From positions 9,418 through 73,417 of the forward strand of contig CALUMG010000009.1 of the NCBI GenBank assembly GCA_944321705.1: DNA of 64,000 nucleotides, read 5' to 3'. A program made the position numbers and the translations under genes. Of this stretch, positions 1 to 10,577 are shown in pieces. The first letter of the stretch is position 1, and each line of letters opens with the position of its first letter. The DNA comes from an uncultured Muribaculaceae bacterium. Its GTDB lineage: Bacteria; Bacteroidota; Bacteroidia; Bacteroidales; Muribaculaceae. The notes below the pieces were generated by a model. The model searched no databases. It was not told the origin of the DNA and saw only the letters and a program-made list of their open reading frames with translations.

Positions 1-756
1 AATTTTTTGCATGTTGCACTTATGTGTGAAGTTGACTTTGAATAGAAGTTCTTTACATTCGTTTTTTACTCCAATTATCCATATATCAGTTATTCCCTCA
101 ATTTCTTTTAATGCTTGGGTGATGTCAATCATTGGAGAGGCCTTTATATACAAACAGGGGGTTGCAATTGATATTTTGTCAAGCAAATCAAGAATGTTTG
201 GTTCGCAACATTCAAATCCAAATACGCGCTTGTCGAGTTTGTCGCGACGGGCAGGGTCGATATAAATTGCATCGAATTTTTGATTTGAATTAATGATGTG
301 ATTCATGTAGTTGATACAGTCGTCATTTATTGTAATTACATTATCCCTGTTGTTTGCCGCCATATTGTATTTATGGGCAAATGCTGTGTTTGGGTTCTTT
401 TCGATTGCAATTAGCTTCTTTACATTTTTAGCAATGTAGAAATCGTCTATTCCTACTCCGGATGTCATGTCCAACACGGTGTTCATCCCCTTGAACAGAG
501 TCGAATGAAATTCAGCTACTGTTTGACATGTGCATTGTTCGGCTGATAGCGAAGAAGAAAATATGAAACGTTCAAGATTGGAAATTTCGGGAAGCTTTTT
601 TAGTATTTTTTTCCTGCATTCGATTTGCAATACGGCAAATTTTAAGTCGAAGTCCAAGCCGGAATGTTTCTTTAGTAACAATTTTGTCGGGTCGGCATCG
701 ATGTTTTTTCGTATGAAAGAGAAAAAAGAATCGGATATTGCAAATTGATTTTCCAT
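1..756 (-). CDS. class I SAM-dependent methyltransferase (3' end runs off the window)
   Basis: Absent from the ORF track because it has no stop inside the window. Manual translation from the ATG at 756-754 stays open down to base 1 (252 codons): MENQFAISDSFFSFIRKNIDADPTKLLLKKHSGLDFDLKFAVLQIECRKK... It has a SAM motif I-like VLDMTSGVGIDD and FDAIYIDPARR. Confidence 0.6.
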   Translation of the reverse strand, partial: MENQFAISDSFFSFIRKNIDADPTKLLLKKHSGLDFDLKFAVLQIECRKKILKKLPEISNLERFIFSSSLSAEQCTCQTVAEFHSTLFKGMNTVLDMTSGVGIDDFYIAKNVKKLIAIEKNPNTAFAHKYNMAANNRDNVITINDDCINYMNHIINSNQKFDAIYIDPARRDKLDKRVFGFECCEPNILDLLDKISIATPCLYIKASPMIDITQALKEIEGITDIWIIGVKNECKELLFKVNFTHKCNMQKI

Positions 757-772
757 CTTTTTAGTCGGGCGA

Positions 773-2686
773 TTAATTTTTATTTATCAAACTGTACAAC
801 CTGTTTTCCTGAGAAAAAGATACGAAACCCTCATTTACAAGCATTGATATTAAATCTACTATTTCTTGCTTAGGATAGGAGAGGGTGTCCATTATTTCAT
901 TTAAATTGCGAGGTTTTAATGAAAGCATGTACATAATTCCATTTAAGACGTCTTCCTGGGAATGATTCATCATGTTTTTACGCTGCAAACAATAATCACA
1001 GTGTCCGCACATTGTTGTAGCTTCTTCGCCAAAGTAGGAACGTATTATTGTCTCCCTGCATTCATTTTCAGAGTATGCATATCGTATCATTGCCATTATT
1101 CTTGTTTTCATTTTTTCTTTCCGCATCTCATATACTTTTTTGGGAATTTCTAAATATTTAGGTTCCTCGCGAGATGTCGTGTAAATGACATATGGCGTGC
1201 GTTTGCGTGGCACATAATGCAATATATGTAGCTTGGTGAGCTGTAACAATGATTCATATATGATTTCTTGTGGAATGTTGAACCTTTTTGCAATTAAGGC
1301 TTCATTTATGAATACATAATCGGAAAACAGCCCGGAGTAGGAGCGTAGTAATGCCTGTAGTACTTTGTCGAGATTGGGATTACCGGATGGCAGATTGTAT
1401 AATTCATCTTTCTTGGCAATAATTGTCACTCTTGATTGGGTTTCGATTTCTTCCATGAATTCGATATATCCGGCTTGAGTGAGAATTTTCAGTGCGTTAT
1501 GAGTAGGAATTACAGGGTATTTGAAAGTCTTGCAGAAAAGGTTGAAATTAAAATCATAAACTTTATTGTATCCCCCGCCCAAAGGAATCTCGAGATAATT
1601 ACCAACGCGTTCATATACGCTTTTTATGAAATCTTTATCGGGGAAAGAGTCACTTATGCGTTTTTTCAGTGTAGATTTGTCTTTATTGGATACGATAAGG
1701 ACCACATAAGATTGTCTGCCGTCTCGTCCGGCTCTTCCTGCTTCTTGGTAATATTCTTCAAGAGAGTTTGGAATATCGGTATGTATGACAATTCTTACAT
1801 CGGGCTTGTCAATACCCATGCCAAAGGCATTGGTTGCGACGATGACACGAGTTTCTCCCGATTTCCATTTGTTTTGTTTGTCTGATTTGTCTTCGTTATC
1901 GAGGCCGGCATGATAGTAGTCTGCCGATATTCCTCGGAAAAGCAATTCTTCTGCTATTTGTTTCGTTTTTGCCCTGCTTCTGACGTATACGATGCCTGAC
2001 CCCGGCACTTTTTGCAGGATTTGCACCAGTTGAGTCATTTTATCTTCCGAATGCCGGACTACATAAGTCAGATTATCGCGAGCGAAACTTTTCGCAAATA
2101 CTCGACCGTTTTTGAAAGATAGTTTTTCCATGATGTCTTTTACGACATCGGGAGTTGCCGTGGCAGTCAGAGCCAGGACTGGAACTTCGGGAAATAATTT
2201 TCGGATTGAAACAATGTTTAAGAATGAAGGTCTGAAATCATACCCCCATTGCGATATGCAATGAGCTTCATCGACAACAATCATCGATAAAGGCATTAAG
2301 CGTAGCTTGTCTAAGAATAATGGAGATGAAAGTCGTTCGGGAGAAACATATAAGAATTTGCATTTTCCGTAAATGCATTTGTCAAGGGATTTTCTTATTT
2401 CGGCTGGTGTCAGACCCGAGTGGATGTATGTGGCCTTGATGCCTTTTTGAATAAGATTATCTACTTGGTCTTTCATTAAAGAAATCAAAGGCGTGACGAC
2501 AAGTGACATGCCTTCACATAAAATGGTAGGTACTTGGAATGTTACAGATTTTCCTCCACCGGTAGGCATTAGTCCTAATGTATCATGACCTTCAAGCACA
2601 GAATTGATGATTTCGGCTTGAAGGTCACGAAATGTCTTATATCCCCAATATTTATTTAAGATATTAAGAATCGACGAGTTTGTCAT
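773..2686 (-). CDS. recQ: ATP-dependent DNA helicase RecQ
   Basis: N-terminus [35 protein letters not shown] (Walker A), DEAH box [17 protein letters not shown], and a zinc-binding CGHCDYC. Start trimmed to MTNSS (ATG 2686) because the longer ORF overlaps the end of recJ; that ATG lies 4 nt after the recJ stop. Confidence 0.9.
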   Translation of the reverse strand: MTNSSILNILNKYWGYKTFRDLQAEIINSVLEGHDTLGLMPTGGGKSVTFQVPTILCEGMSLVVTPLISLMKDQVDNLIQKGIKATYIHSGLTPAEIRKSLDKCIYGKCKFLYVSPERLSSPLFLDKLRLMPLSMIVVDEAHCISQWGYDFRPSFLNIVSIRKLFPEVPVLALTATATPDVVKDIMEKLSFKNGRVFAKSFARDNLTYVVRHSEDKMTQLVQILQKVPGSGIVYVRSRAKTKQIAEELLFRGISADYYHAGLDNEDKSDKQNKWKSGETRVIVATNAFGMGIDKPDVRIVIHTDIPNSLEEYYQEAGRAGRDGRQSYVVLIVSNKDKSTLKKRISDSFPDKDFIKSVYERVGNYLEIPLGGGYNKVYDFNFNLFCKTFKYPVIPTHNALKILTQAGYIEFMEEIETQSRVTIIAKKDELYNLPSGNPNLDKVLQALLRSYSGLFSDYVFINEALIAKRFNIPQEIIYESLLQLTKLHILHYVPRKRTPYVIYTTSREEPKYLEIPKKVYEMRKEKMKTRIMAMIRYAYSENECRETIIRSYFGEEATTMCGHCDYCLQRKNMMNHSQEDVLNGIMYMLSLKPRNLNEIMDTLSYPKQEIVDLISMLVNEGFVSFSQENRLYSLINKN

Positions 2687-2690
2687 GTCT

Positions 2691-4418
2691 TTATGAACTT
2701 GTCCTAATGTCTTTGACGAATAGTTGAACCGAAGTATTTCCTTTGTGCCTGTTTTCTTCAATAGTATAGCATATTTCAAACGGCTTGTTGGATTTTATGT
2801 ATTCAAAGTAGCTGGCTTGATTGAATGCTATTCCGTTGAAAACCCTATTGGAAGAACTGTCTATCAATTCTAACTTGATGTGTTCAAGATTTTTGCCCAC
2901 CAATTTGCTTGTCCCATAGTCAAATACATTTTTTGAGACAAATATTGGCTTTTGGTTCCCTGGTCCGAATGGATTGAGCAAGCGTAGGTAATACAGTAAG
3001 TCGGCATTAATTTTGTCAAAACTTATTTCACAATCTACCGATATCATTTGAGTGAGTTGCTCGGGTGTGATATTTTCCATGACATATTGCTCAAACCTTC
3101 GGGTGAACTCGGGTATGTTTTCCTCTTTTAGAGACAAGCCTACTGCATAGGTGTGCCCTCCAAAATTTTCCAGCAAATCTCGGGTGGATTCTATAGCTTT
3201 GTAAATATCGAATCCCCTTACAGAACGGGAAGAGCCTGTGGCCAAGCCGTTGGACAAAGTGAGTACTATGGCCGGTTTGTAGTAAAGTTCGGTCAATCTT
3301 GACGCGACGATACCAATTATGCCTTTGTGCCAATCTTTGTTGTATATGACAATTGGTTTCTTGCTTGTGGCAATATCTTTGTCGTTTGCAAGAATGGCAT
3401 TCGCTTCTTCCGTAATGCGCTTGTCGAGTTCTTTACGGTCTTTATTGTATTGGTCGATGTTCTTTGCTTTACGATAGGCATCGGCTGAATCTTTTGATAC
3501 CAACAATTCGACTGCCTCAATTCCAGATTGCATACGTCCGGAAGCGTTTATTCGTGGCCCGATTTTGAAAATAACGTCACTTATCGTTATTTCCTTGTTA
3601 GACAATCCGCATATCTTTATTATGTTGCGAAGGCCTGTATTAGGATTTGAATTCAGCCGTTTTAATCCAAAATGTGTCAATATCCTATTTTCTCCTATTA
3701 GCGGGACAATATCGGCCGCAATGCTTATTGCCACAAGATCGAGCAGGCTGTCAAGTTCAAACATATTTGACAGTCCGTTGCTGATGGCAAATGCATGCAT
3801 GAATTTGTAACCTACGCCACACCCCGACAAATGTTTGAAAGGATAGGGGTTGTTTTCAAGTTTCGGATTAAGTATAGCTACGGCATCGGGCAATACGTCA
3901 TCCGGTACATGGTGATCACAGATGATAAAGTCTATGCCACGAGATTTGGCATAGGCAATTTCATCGACTGCCTTTATGCCGCAGTCGAGAACTATGACAA
4001 GAGACACACCAATGCTTTCGGCATAGTCGATGCTTTTCTTGGAAATACCATATCCTTCTTCATAACGAGTTGGAATATAGTATTCAATGTTTGAATAATA
4101 ATTTTGCAGGTACCTATAAACCAATGCGACCGATGTCGTTCCGTCAACGTCATAGTCGCCATAAATCATAATTTTTTCTTTTGCCCCTATGGCTTTATTA
4201 AGCCTGTCTACAGCCTTGTCCATGTCTTGCATGAGAAACGGGTCGTGCAAGTCGGACATTGAGGGATTAAGAAACTTGTCAGCTTCTTCTATCGATTTGA
4301 TCCCTCGCAGTACGAGTAACCGACTTATTGCTTGGCAGTTTTTCAAGTGCTTTGCCAAGTCGGCTGCTATGGATGATTGTTCGGATGTAAAGGGTAAGTA
4401 ATTCCATTTACTTATCAT
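2691..4418 (-). CDS. recJ: single-stranded-DNA-specific exonuclease RecJ
   Basis: DHH-family motifs [15 protein letters not shown] and ICDHHVP, a DHHA1-like GGHTYAVG, and a typical length of 575 aa. Confidence 0.92.
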   Translation of the reverse strand: MISKWNYLPFTSEQSSIAADLAKHLKNCQAISRLLVLRGIKSIEEADKFLNPSMSDLHDPFLMQDMDKAVDRLNKAIGAKEKIMIYGDYDVDGTTSVALVYRYLQNYYSNIEYYIPTRYEEGYGISKKSIDYAESIGVSLVIVLDCGIKAVDEIAYAKSRGIDFIICDHHVPDDVLPDAVAILNPKLENNPYPFKHLSGCGVGYKFMHAFAISNGLSNMFELDSLLDLVAISIAADIVPLIGENRILTHFGLKRLNSNPNTGLRNIIKICGLSNKEITISDVIFKIGPRINASGRMQSGIEAVELLVSKDSADAYRKAKNIDQYNKDRKELDKRITEEANAILANDKDIATSKKPIVIYNKDWHKGIIGIVASRLTELYYKPAIVLTLSNGLATGSSRSVRGFDIYKAIESTRDLLENFGGHTYAVGLSLKEENIPEFTRRFEQYVMENITPEQLTQMISVDCEISFDKINADLLYYLRLLNPFGPGNQKPIFVSKNVFDYGTSKLVGKNLEHIKLELIDSSSNRVFNGIAFNQASYFEYIKSNKPFEICYTIEENRHKGNTSVQLFVKDIRTSS

Positions 4419-4850
4419 TTATGTTGTCATTTATTTTTCAAATAAGAGAATTGCCTTAGCCCCCGAGGAAATCTAATAATTGCTTGCCGTCTTTAGTCGT
4501 TAGTGGTAGATGCAATAAAAGAAGACGCTCTGGATGAATAGGGAACATTATTTGGCAATCCCGGACCTGCAATTATGAAAAATTTCCTTCTATGATAGAA
4601 ATTATTCATATTTATTAGAATTAATCGCCTTGTCATGCATGGATACAGTTTTGGTTGTATTGACATACAAATGGCGGATGTGTGCAGGCGTGTCTTTTTT
4701 ATTATCTAAAAACAAGATAGTAAAAAATAGGAAACTGTTATTCGCGTATTCTTACGCAAATATACGGATTGTTTCCCTAAAATACTATTTTTGTCTCGAA
4801 TATTTTTTTGAAGGAAACAGGCGAATGAAATTTGGTTGTGTGTTGGTAGG

Positions 4851-4896
4851 TTTAAAAAGAACGGCCTCTTTAGTAATGTATTGTTGAAGAGGCCGT
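4851..4896 (-). terminator. intrinsic terminator after the mscS-family gene
   Basis: Stem CGGCCTCTT (4862-4870) pairs with AAGAGGCCG (4888-4896). On the minus strand it is followed by TCTTTTT, 12 nt after the stop at 4908. Confidence 0.6.
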
Positions 4897-4907
4897 ATAG
4901 GGTAGTT

Positions 4908-6059
4908 TTAATTGTGTGTCACATGTATATCCATTTGTGGGAATGGGAAATTCAGGCCATTTTTTGGGAATTCCTTGTATATTTTTTCATTTATCGAGTA
5001 GTAGACGGGCCAATAAAATTCAGAGCGAGTCCATGCCCTTATGGTAATAACTATACTGCTGTCGGCAAGTGAACTCAGGGCAACGGTAGGAGAGCAATCG
5101 ACTTTAGGACGCAAATATTCAATTTCTTTTTCTTGTGCTTGTTTCTTTTTCTCTTCAATATCTTTTTTAATCTTAGATTTGCTTTTTGATATCTTTTTAA
5201 AGAATGATTTGTGGCTTTTGCTATTACTGTTATCTACAGTATCTTCATCATTCTTATCATCTGTGTCGTTGTCGATCTTGTCGTTGTTGGAGGTTTCCCA
5301 TTTTAACTTGTCGTCTTCGCGATATTTTTCAACAATCCTTGGTTCGGATTTTATTATATCCAATGCTGTTTTTCGGGCGACATCCATGTCGTCGCCATAG
5401 GATATTGAAATGTTCCATTCGAGTCGTCGATATTCTTCTTTTGAGTAGTTGTTGATAGTTCCTGTCGATAATCCTCCATTGGGTATTATGATTGATTTGT
5501 TGTCTACCGTGTTCAAGACAGTGTTGAATATCTGTATTTCCTTTACAGTGCCTTGATATCCTCCAAATTCAATAAAATCACCGATTTTATAAGGCTTTAT
5601 AAATAAAATCAACACACCTCCGGCAAAGTTCTGCAATGTTCCGCTCAGAGCCATGCCAATGGCCACGCCAGCCGATGCAAATATGGCTATGAAAGAGCTT
5701 GTTTCGATACCGAGAATGCCAATTACCGACACAATTAGGATGAACAGCAATGTTATTTTCACAAGGCTCAGCACAAATGTCGACAACGACTTGTCGAGCT
5801 TGTGTTTGAGCATTATGGATTTTACAATGGAGTATATTTTGTTGATTACAAGTTTGCCTATGTAAAAGACTATTACTGCAATGAGAATGCGGATGCCTAA
5901 ATCTATCGCACCGCTTACAATTTTTGCAATTATTTCGTCAAATGTCATGGATGACAATGCTGATTCTTTTGCTTTCAAGGCTGTTGAAATGGAGTCGGTA
6001 TATTCTTTCCCTCCTTCAACGGCGGTAGCCATGATTGCCAGAATGCTATTTAAACTCAT
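4908..6059 (-). CDS. mechanosensitive ion channel (MscS family) with a charged insertion
   Basis: TM helices followed by the MscS pore/beta-domain signature AGVAIGMALSGTLQNFAGGVLILFIKPYKIGDFIEFGGYQGTVKEIQIFNTVL and a C-terminal SSLADSSIVITIRAW. Confidence 0.85.
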   Translation of the reverse strand: MSLNSILAIMATAVEGGKEYTDSISTALKAKESALSSMTFDEIIAKIVSGAIDLGIRILIAVIVFYIGKLVINKIYSIVKSIMLKHKLDKSLSTFVLSLVKITLLFILIVSVIGILGIETSSFIAIFASAGVAIGMALSGTLQNFAGGVLILFIKPYKIGDFIEFGGYQGTVKEIQIFNTVLNTVDNKSIIIPNGGLSTGTINNYSKEEYRRLEWNISISYGDDMDVARKTALDIIKSEPRIVEKYREDDKLKWETSNNDKIDNDTDDKNDEDTVDNSNSKSHKSFFKKISKSKSKIKKDIEEKKKQAQEKEIEYLRPKVDCSPTVALSSLADSSIVITIRAWTRSEFYWPVYYSINEKIYKEFPKNGLNFPFPQMDIHVTHN

Positions 6060-6074
6060 ATGGATATAAGTATT

Positions 6075-7229
6075 TTAATGGTTGTATACGTCTTTATGCC
6101 AATCAAGTGTTGAATAGAATGTTTCGTTTTCAGGTGTCGATGTACCTAATATGTAGGTGGATAATCCTGAAAAATGTTCTTCGTTTATTTCAAGCTCTGC
6201 AAATGAAGGCGTGCAGGCTTTATATATGATTGCATCATTCAGTATGTTCTGTAATGTTGTCGCTTGTGATTTTGTAGCCAGCAATGAGGTATATTGTAAA
6301 AAATCCACATATATGGGATTTGCTCCACGATTGTATTTTTGCAGTTCGTATGGGCTGATTTCAGTGTTTGCAGGATTTGCATGTATGTCATGGCATAATT
6401 CTGCGATGCTTTGTAATTTGGAACAATCAGTCAGAGCAATCGTGATAGATCGGTATATGCCTGTTTGTGAGTCATATTCATTGAATGTGTTTTCACACGC
6501 TTTAATGAGGTTAGGTGTTTCTTCAAAAAAACAAGGGATATTCTCGTCATATGGCATTCCAGTCCCTAATGTTTCTGTGGGACTTGCTATGTAGTATGAA
6601 GTTTTATTCCGCAGTTGGTATGCAATTTCTATTGAACCCATGTAGCATGCGTCGGCATAAATGAAACTGAACATTCCGGCAGGGATGGCTTCTGACAGTT
6701 CTGTGATGGACATTTGATGTTTACGGTCTTCTCCAAAGTCTAAGACATCGATTCCGGAATTAGTTGCTATGGATTTTGATGAGAGTTCTCTGACCCAACC
6801 TGTGGCATGAGACCAAAGAATCAATCCGTAATCGGTTGCGGGAGCAAAAGTCTCAATGTCGGAAAATACTTCGCTCATGCGTTCGATGGATGTCGAATAT
6901 ACGTTGGAAGAATAAGTTTTCAGAGTCTCGGTTACTGCTTTGCCGTTTATGTTTTTGATTTCGATGAGAGAAGGTTCGGAATTATATGCAGTATAATATA
7001 TGAGCAGTCGGCAATTGGTATTCCCGATTGATTCTATTGCCAATTTCATTTCATTTATGTCTTTGGTGTCATAATCCAATGTCCCGAGGGAATTGGTCGC
7101 GACCATATATACTACTACGGTGCGGCGCGTAGGCCCTTTGACATCGGGTTCGTCATTTCCAAAGCACGATGTGAAAATGAATGCCAATATCGTAATTATG
7201 ATGGTTAATATGTGCTTAGGCATGTTCAT
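6075..7229 (-). CDS. clostripain-family (C11) cysteine peptidase lipoprotein
   Basis: Lipoprotein signal ILAFIFTSC. The His/Cys dyad contexts LILWSHATGW and FIYADACYMGS are typical of peptidase C11. Confidence 0.72.
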   Translation of the reverse strand: MNMPKHILTIIITILAFIFTSCFGNDEPDVKGPTRRTVVVYMVATNSLGTLDYDTKDINEMKLAIESIGNTNCRLLIYYTAYNSEPSLIEIKNINGKAVTETLKTYSSNVYSTSIERMSEVFSDIETFAPATDYGLILWSHATGWVRELSSKSIATNSGIDVLDFGEDRKHQMSITELSEAIPAGMFSFIYADACYMGSIEIAYQLRNKTSYYIASPTETLGTGMPYDENIPCFFEETPNLIKACENTFNEYDSQTGIYRSITIALTDCSKLQSIAELCHDIHANPANTEISPYELQKYNRGANPIYVDFLQYTSLLATKSQATTLQNILNDAIIYKACTPSFAELEINEEHFSGLSTYILGTSTPENETFYSTLDWHKDVYNH

Positions 7230-7330
7230 ATTTGATTAAAATAATTACAAAATTAATAAAATATCGGTAATGGTATTATACTACAAATTTAATTAGGTGT
7301 ACTTTTGTATAAGTATTTATTTATTAAGCA

Positions 7331-8143
7331 ATGAAAAAGTGCATCATAACGGTTGTTTTTTCTTTGATGGCAAGTTTTTGCATGTTCGCGCGAGATTATT
7401 ACGAACTTGTGGATTCGGCCGAGTTGTGTATTCAAGAAAAAGAATGGGAGCGAGCTGAAGTCTTCATAAAAGAAGCGCTCAGAGTCCAACCTGATAATTT
7501 CAACAATTCATTGTTGTTATCCAATCTTGCTACTGTGCAACGGTATCAAGGGCGAAATGAAGATGCATTGAAGAATTATTCCATAGCTTTGTTTATGACT
7601 CCCAATGCCGTGACTTTGTTGAAAAATCGAGCTTCGCTTTATCTTGACATGGACAGCATTGAAAAAGCATATTCAGATTATGGCCGTGTGCTTGAACTGG
7701 ATGACATGGATATAGAGGCGTTATATAACCATGGAGTGCTCGCTTTGGAGAAAAAAGAAATGGAAGCGAGCAAAGATGATTTTGAAAAAATAAAAAGGAT
7801 AAGCCCTAATTCCTATTTTGCATATAATGGTTTGGCTATGTGGAATAAGGCTAACGGTAATTATCCAACTGCCATAAACTTATATGGGACAATCATCAAA
7901 GAGCGGCCATCGGTTAACGCCCTTGCCAACAGGGCTGAATGCCTATTGGAGCTGAAGCAGTTGAATAATGCTGATAAGGACATAAAAGACGCGCTTGCAA
8001 TGGAACCAACAAACGGATTTCTATATTTGTTGCGAGCAAAGTTGAATAAGTTGAGGTTTGAAAGCGATGCCGTTCAGCGGGATATAAATCTTGCAAAGCA
8101 ATATGGCGTGGATGAAAGTGTCATCATGGAAGTGCTTAAATAA
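7331..8143 (+). CDS. tetratricopeptide-repeat protein (secreted)
   Basis: Signal peptide MKKCIITVVFSLMASFCMFA followed by repeated 34-aa A/L/Y/N-patterned TPR units. Confidence 0.7.
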   Translation: MKKCIITVVFSLMASFCMFARDYYELVDSAELCIQEKEWERAEVFIKEALRVQPDNFNNSLLLSNLATVQRYQGRNEDALKNYSIALFMTPNAVTLLKNRASLYLDMDSIEKAYSDYGRVLELDDMDIEALYNHGVLALEKKEMEASKDDFEKIKRISPNSYFAYNGLAMWNKANGNYPTAINLYGTIIKERPSVNALANRAECLLELKQLNNADKDIKDALAMEPTNGFLYLLRAKLNKLRFESDAVQRDINLAKQYGVDESVIMEVLK

Positions 8144-8198
8144 TAGCATTTGTTTAAATAAATTTGCATTATAAAATACAAGTTGTTATATTTGTATT

Positions 8199-9113
8199 AT
8201 GATATCCATTGTAGAACACATAGAATATTTGATAGCGCGTCATGATTGTGTCGTCGTTCCGGGATGGGGGGCATTCATAGCTCAGTATGAGGCTTCTTCT
8301 GTTTCTGCGTTAGGACGATGGCAGAACCCGGGTCGCCAAATTTCCTTTAACAGTGCACTTTCATACAATGATGGGTTGCTCGCAAGTTCAATTATGCAGA
8401 GAGAGCAATGCGCTTATGAAATTGCGATGGATATAATACAAGAAAATGTAAACTATTTTAGACAACAGGTAGGTATAGGCGGAGAATTTGCCTTGGGAAG
8501 GCTTGGATTGTTTAAAACAAAAGAAAACGATAATGTCGTTTTTATGTCGTATCCCACAGATGCTTGCGATTATTATGGATTGCGTCCGTTTTCCTTACGC
8601 CCATTGTTATACATTAATGGCAAGGAGTCGGGATATCCCGATTCTAAAAAAAACTGGCATATATCGGTCAATAAAAGTTATTTGAAAATAGCAGCTTCGA
8701 TCATTATATTGCTGATGATGTCGTTTGCATTGTCGACACCTATTATAAGCGATGGGATGGAACAGGAGTATGCCGGCATAGGTTCGTTCTCTATAGATGA
8801 AGGTTCGACATTGCCTTTGTTGAATAATGACATGGAGCTTGCCATAATGCTGCCGCCGGAAGAGCCGATTGAGGATAATGTATCATGGATAAATAAAGAT
8901 GACAAATATTGTCTTGTAGTGTGCTCAAGTACGACGGAGGAGGAAGCCGATAGATTTATTTCCCAGCAAACGGGTGATTATGATTTTAAAATTCTGTATA
9001 AAAAGGGTCATTATAGAGTTTACATAGCAACGGGCAATAACGTAAATGATTTAATGAAAATCAAATATGAAGTTGCTGATGATTTCCCGGATGCATGGGT
9101 TCATAGGAAATAA
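8199..9113 (+). CDS. HU-CCDC81-like N-terminal domain / SPOR-domain protein
   Basis: N-terminus IEYLIARHDCVVVPGWGAFIAQYE, a central TM segment, and a C-terminal SPOR-like KYCLVVCSSTTEEEADRFI...YRVYIATGNN. Confidence 0.6.
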   Translation: MISIVEHIEYLIARHDCVVVPGWGAFIAQYEASSVSALGRWQNPGRQISFNSALSYNDGLLASSIMQREQCAYEIAMDIIQENVNYFRQQVGIGGEFALGRLGLFKTKENDNVVFMSYPTDACDYYGLRPFSLRPLLYINGKESGYPDSKKNWHISVNKSYLKIAASIIILLMMSFALSTPIISDGMEQEYAGIGSFSIDEGSTLPLLNNDMELAIMLPPEEPIEDNVSWINKDDKYCLVVCSSTTEEEADRFISQQTGDYDFKILYKKGHYRVYIATGNNVNDLMKIKYEVADDFPDAWVHRK

Positions 9114-9129
9114 GAATTAAGATTTAAGA

Positions 9130-9155
9130 GGGATGTCAAGTGACATCCTTTTTTA
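9130..9155 (+). terminator. intrinsic terminator
   Basis: GGATGTC (9131-9137) pairs with GACATCC (9142-9148), followed by T6. Confidence 0.6.
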
Positions 9156-9263
9156 TGTTTAATATGTTTGGCGCAATACTGTTGCATTTTGTCGACTAGG
9201 CCGCATTTTGTTTTTCAATGTCGACTCCATAGGCATGTATTTTGTTGCCACCACGTTCTGGCA

Positions 9264-9299
9264 ATAAAAAAGGAGGCGAACAAAACTGTTCATCCTCCT
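9264..9299 (-). terminator. intrinsic terminator after rplI
   Basis: AGGAGG-C-GAACA / TGTTC-AT-CCTCCT stem (9271-9299), followed on the minus strand by T6 (9270-9265). Confidence 0.65.
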
Positions 9300-9324
9300 T
9301 TAAGGGATTTTTATGTCTAACTTT

Positions 9325-9768
9325 TTATTCTGCTACAACTTCAAAAGGTATTTCAACAGATACTTCTTTGTGCAATTTGATAGTAGCTGAATAATTACCA
9401 ACTTCTTTGATGGAATCTTTGATGTAAATCAACTTGCGATCGATTTTGTGCCCGAGCTTCTCAAGAGCTTCAGCAATTTGAATGCTGTTTACAGAACCAA
9501 AGATTGTTCCTGTTGCGCTTGTCTTTGCTCCGATTGTCAAAGAAACTCCTTGCAAAGCAGCAGCCATAGCTTCAGCGTCGGCCTTGATTTTAGCGAGCTT
9601 GTGTGCACGTTGTTTTTGGTTTTCGGCCAACACCTTCAATGCAGATGGTGAAGCGATAACGGCTTTCTTTTGCGGAATGAGATAGTTTCGGCCATAGCCG
9701 TTCTTTACTTCTACTACATCATCCTTGTATCCAAGGTTTGATATATCTTCTTTTAATATAACTTTCAT
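9325..9768 (-). CDS. rplI: 50S ribosomal protein L9
   Basis: [37 protein letters not shown] is the canonical L9 N-terminus. Confidence 0.95.
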   Translation of the reverse strand: MKVILKEDISNLGYKDDVVEVKNGYGRNYLIPQKKAVIASPSALKVLAENQKQRAHKLAKIKADAEAMAAALQGVSLTIGAKTSATGTIFGSVNSIQIAEALEKLGHKIDRKLIYIKDSIKEVGNYSATIKLHKEVSVEIPFEVVAE

Positions 9769-9792
9769 AAATATTGCCTCTTCTAAAAATTA

Positions 9793-10062
9793 TTATTTCA
9801 TCAAGTCAGTTACATAAGGAAGAAGAGCCAAGTGACGTGCACGTTTAACCGCGCGTGCAACTCTTCTCTGAAATTTCAATGAAGTTCCAGTGATGCGACG
9901 AGGTAAAATTTTACCTTGTTCATTCAAGAACTTTTTCAAGAATTCAGGATCTTTATAGTCGATGTACTTGATTCCGCTTCTTTTGAAACGGCAATATTTT
10001 TTCTTTTTAACGTCAACAGATAGTGGAGTTAAATATCTGATTTCTGATTGTGCTTGTGCCAT
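9793..10062 (-). CDS. rpsR: 30S ribosomal protein S18
   Basis: [18 protein letters not shown]...[33 protein letters not shown]. Confidence 0.95.
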   Translation of the reverse strand: MAQAQSEIRYLTPLSVDVKKKKYCRFKRSGIKYIDYKDPEFLKKFLNEQGKILPRRITGTSLKFQRRVARAVKRARHLALLPYVTDLMK

Positions 10063-10064
10063 GA

Positions 10065-10436
10065 TTAGTTCTCCTTTGCTTCTTCGTTGTTAGTAGCGTT
10101 AACTTTTGCACCTTTAAGGCTTCTTCTCTTAGCCGCATATTCAGCAGCATACTTGTCAAGACGGAATGTCAAGAACCTGAGAACTTTTTCGTCACGACGG
10201 AAAGCAATCTCAAGCTTCTTAACTACGCTCGGTTCAGCATCGAATTCGATGAGAGTGTAGAATCCAGTGGTTTTGTGTTGGATAGGGTATGCAAGTTTGC
10301 GCAATCCCCAGTTTTCTTCATTCACGATAGTAGCGTTATTCTCAGCAAGCACTGCTTTGAATTTGTCTACCGCTTCCTTCATCTGAGCATCAGATAAAAC
10401 GGGAGTTAAAATGAAAACGGTTTCGTAGTGATTCAT
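10065..10436 (-). CDS. rpsF: 30S ribosomal protein S6
   Basis: [16 protein letters not shown]...[10 protein letters not shown]. Start trimmed to the ATG at 10436; the upstream 17 codons are AT-rich leader sequence. Confidence 0.92.
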   Translation of the reverse strand: MNHYETVFILTPVLSDAQMKEAVDKFKAVLAENNATIVNEENWGLRKLAYPIQHKTTGFYTLIEFDAEPSVVKKLEIAFRRDEKVLRFLTFRLDKYAAEYAAKRRSLKGAKVNATNNEEAKEN

Positions 10437-10484
10437 AAAATAGAAAAATTTAATAAATAGAATTTTTGTTTGCAAAAAGCGCTG

Positions 10485-10492
10485 CAAAGATA
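10485..10492 (-). promoter_or_regulatory. Bacteroides-type -7 box TATCTTTG for rpsF-rpsR-rplI
   Basis: Exact match to TAnnTTTG on the minus strand, 48 nt upstream of the rpsF ATG. Confidence 0.45.
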
Positions 10493-10577
10493 GTGTTTTA
10501 TTCGATTATATGCAACAGGCTGATTATGTTTGTTGTGGAAAATCATTAAATTTGCAAGAACCTTTATTTAAATATTT

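Noticed and set aside
2687-2779. N-terminal extensions proposed by the ORF track: recQ to 2779, rpsF to 10487, RSH to 14643, C10 to 16840, lysE to 19964, murI to 25823, carA to 34446, trmN6 to 38881, Big_2 to 44282, FtsX-like to 53470 and pyrK to 61005.
   Set aside because: The extensions overlap upstream genes, terminators or -7 promoter boxes. They also add residues absent from the conserved N-termini, so internal ATGs were used.
4448-4575. Possible SRP RNA, RNase P RNA or cobalamin riboswitch. Local matches are CAGGUCCGG on the minus strand, GAGGAAAUC on the plus strand, and AGGGAAC ... CCGGACCUGC.
   Set aside because: Each match is only one short fragment. The SRP GGAA-tetraloop/AGCA context, the RNase P GAGGAAAGUCC core and the cobalamin B12-box spacing are all missing. 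No gene that would be regulated lies downstream on the plus strand.
4630-4887. 85-aa plus-strand ORF in the recJ-mscS spacer.
   Set aside because: It has an unusual Cys/Tyr/Phe-rich composition, runs through the mscS terminator hairpin, and has no promoter box. Probably non-coding.
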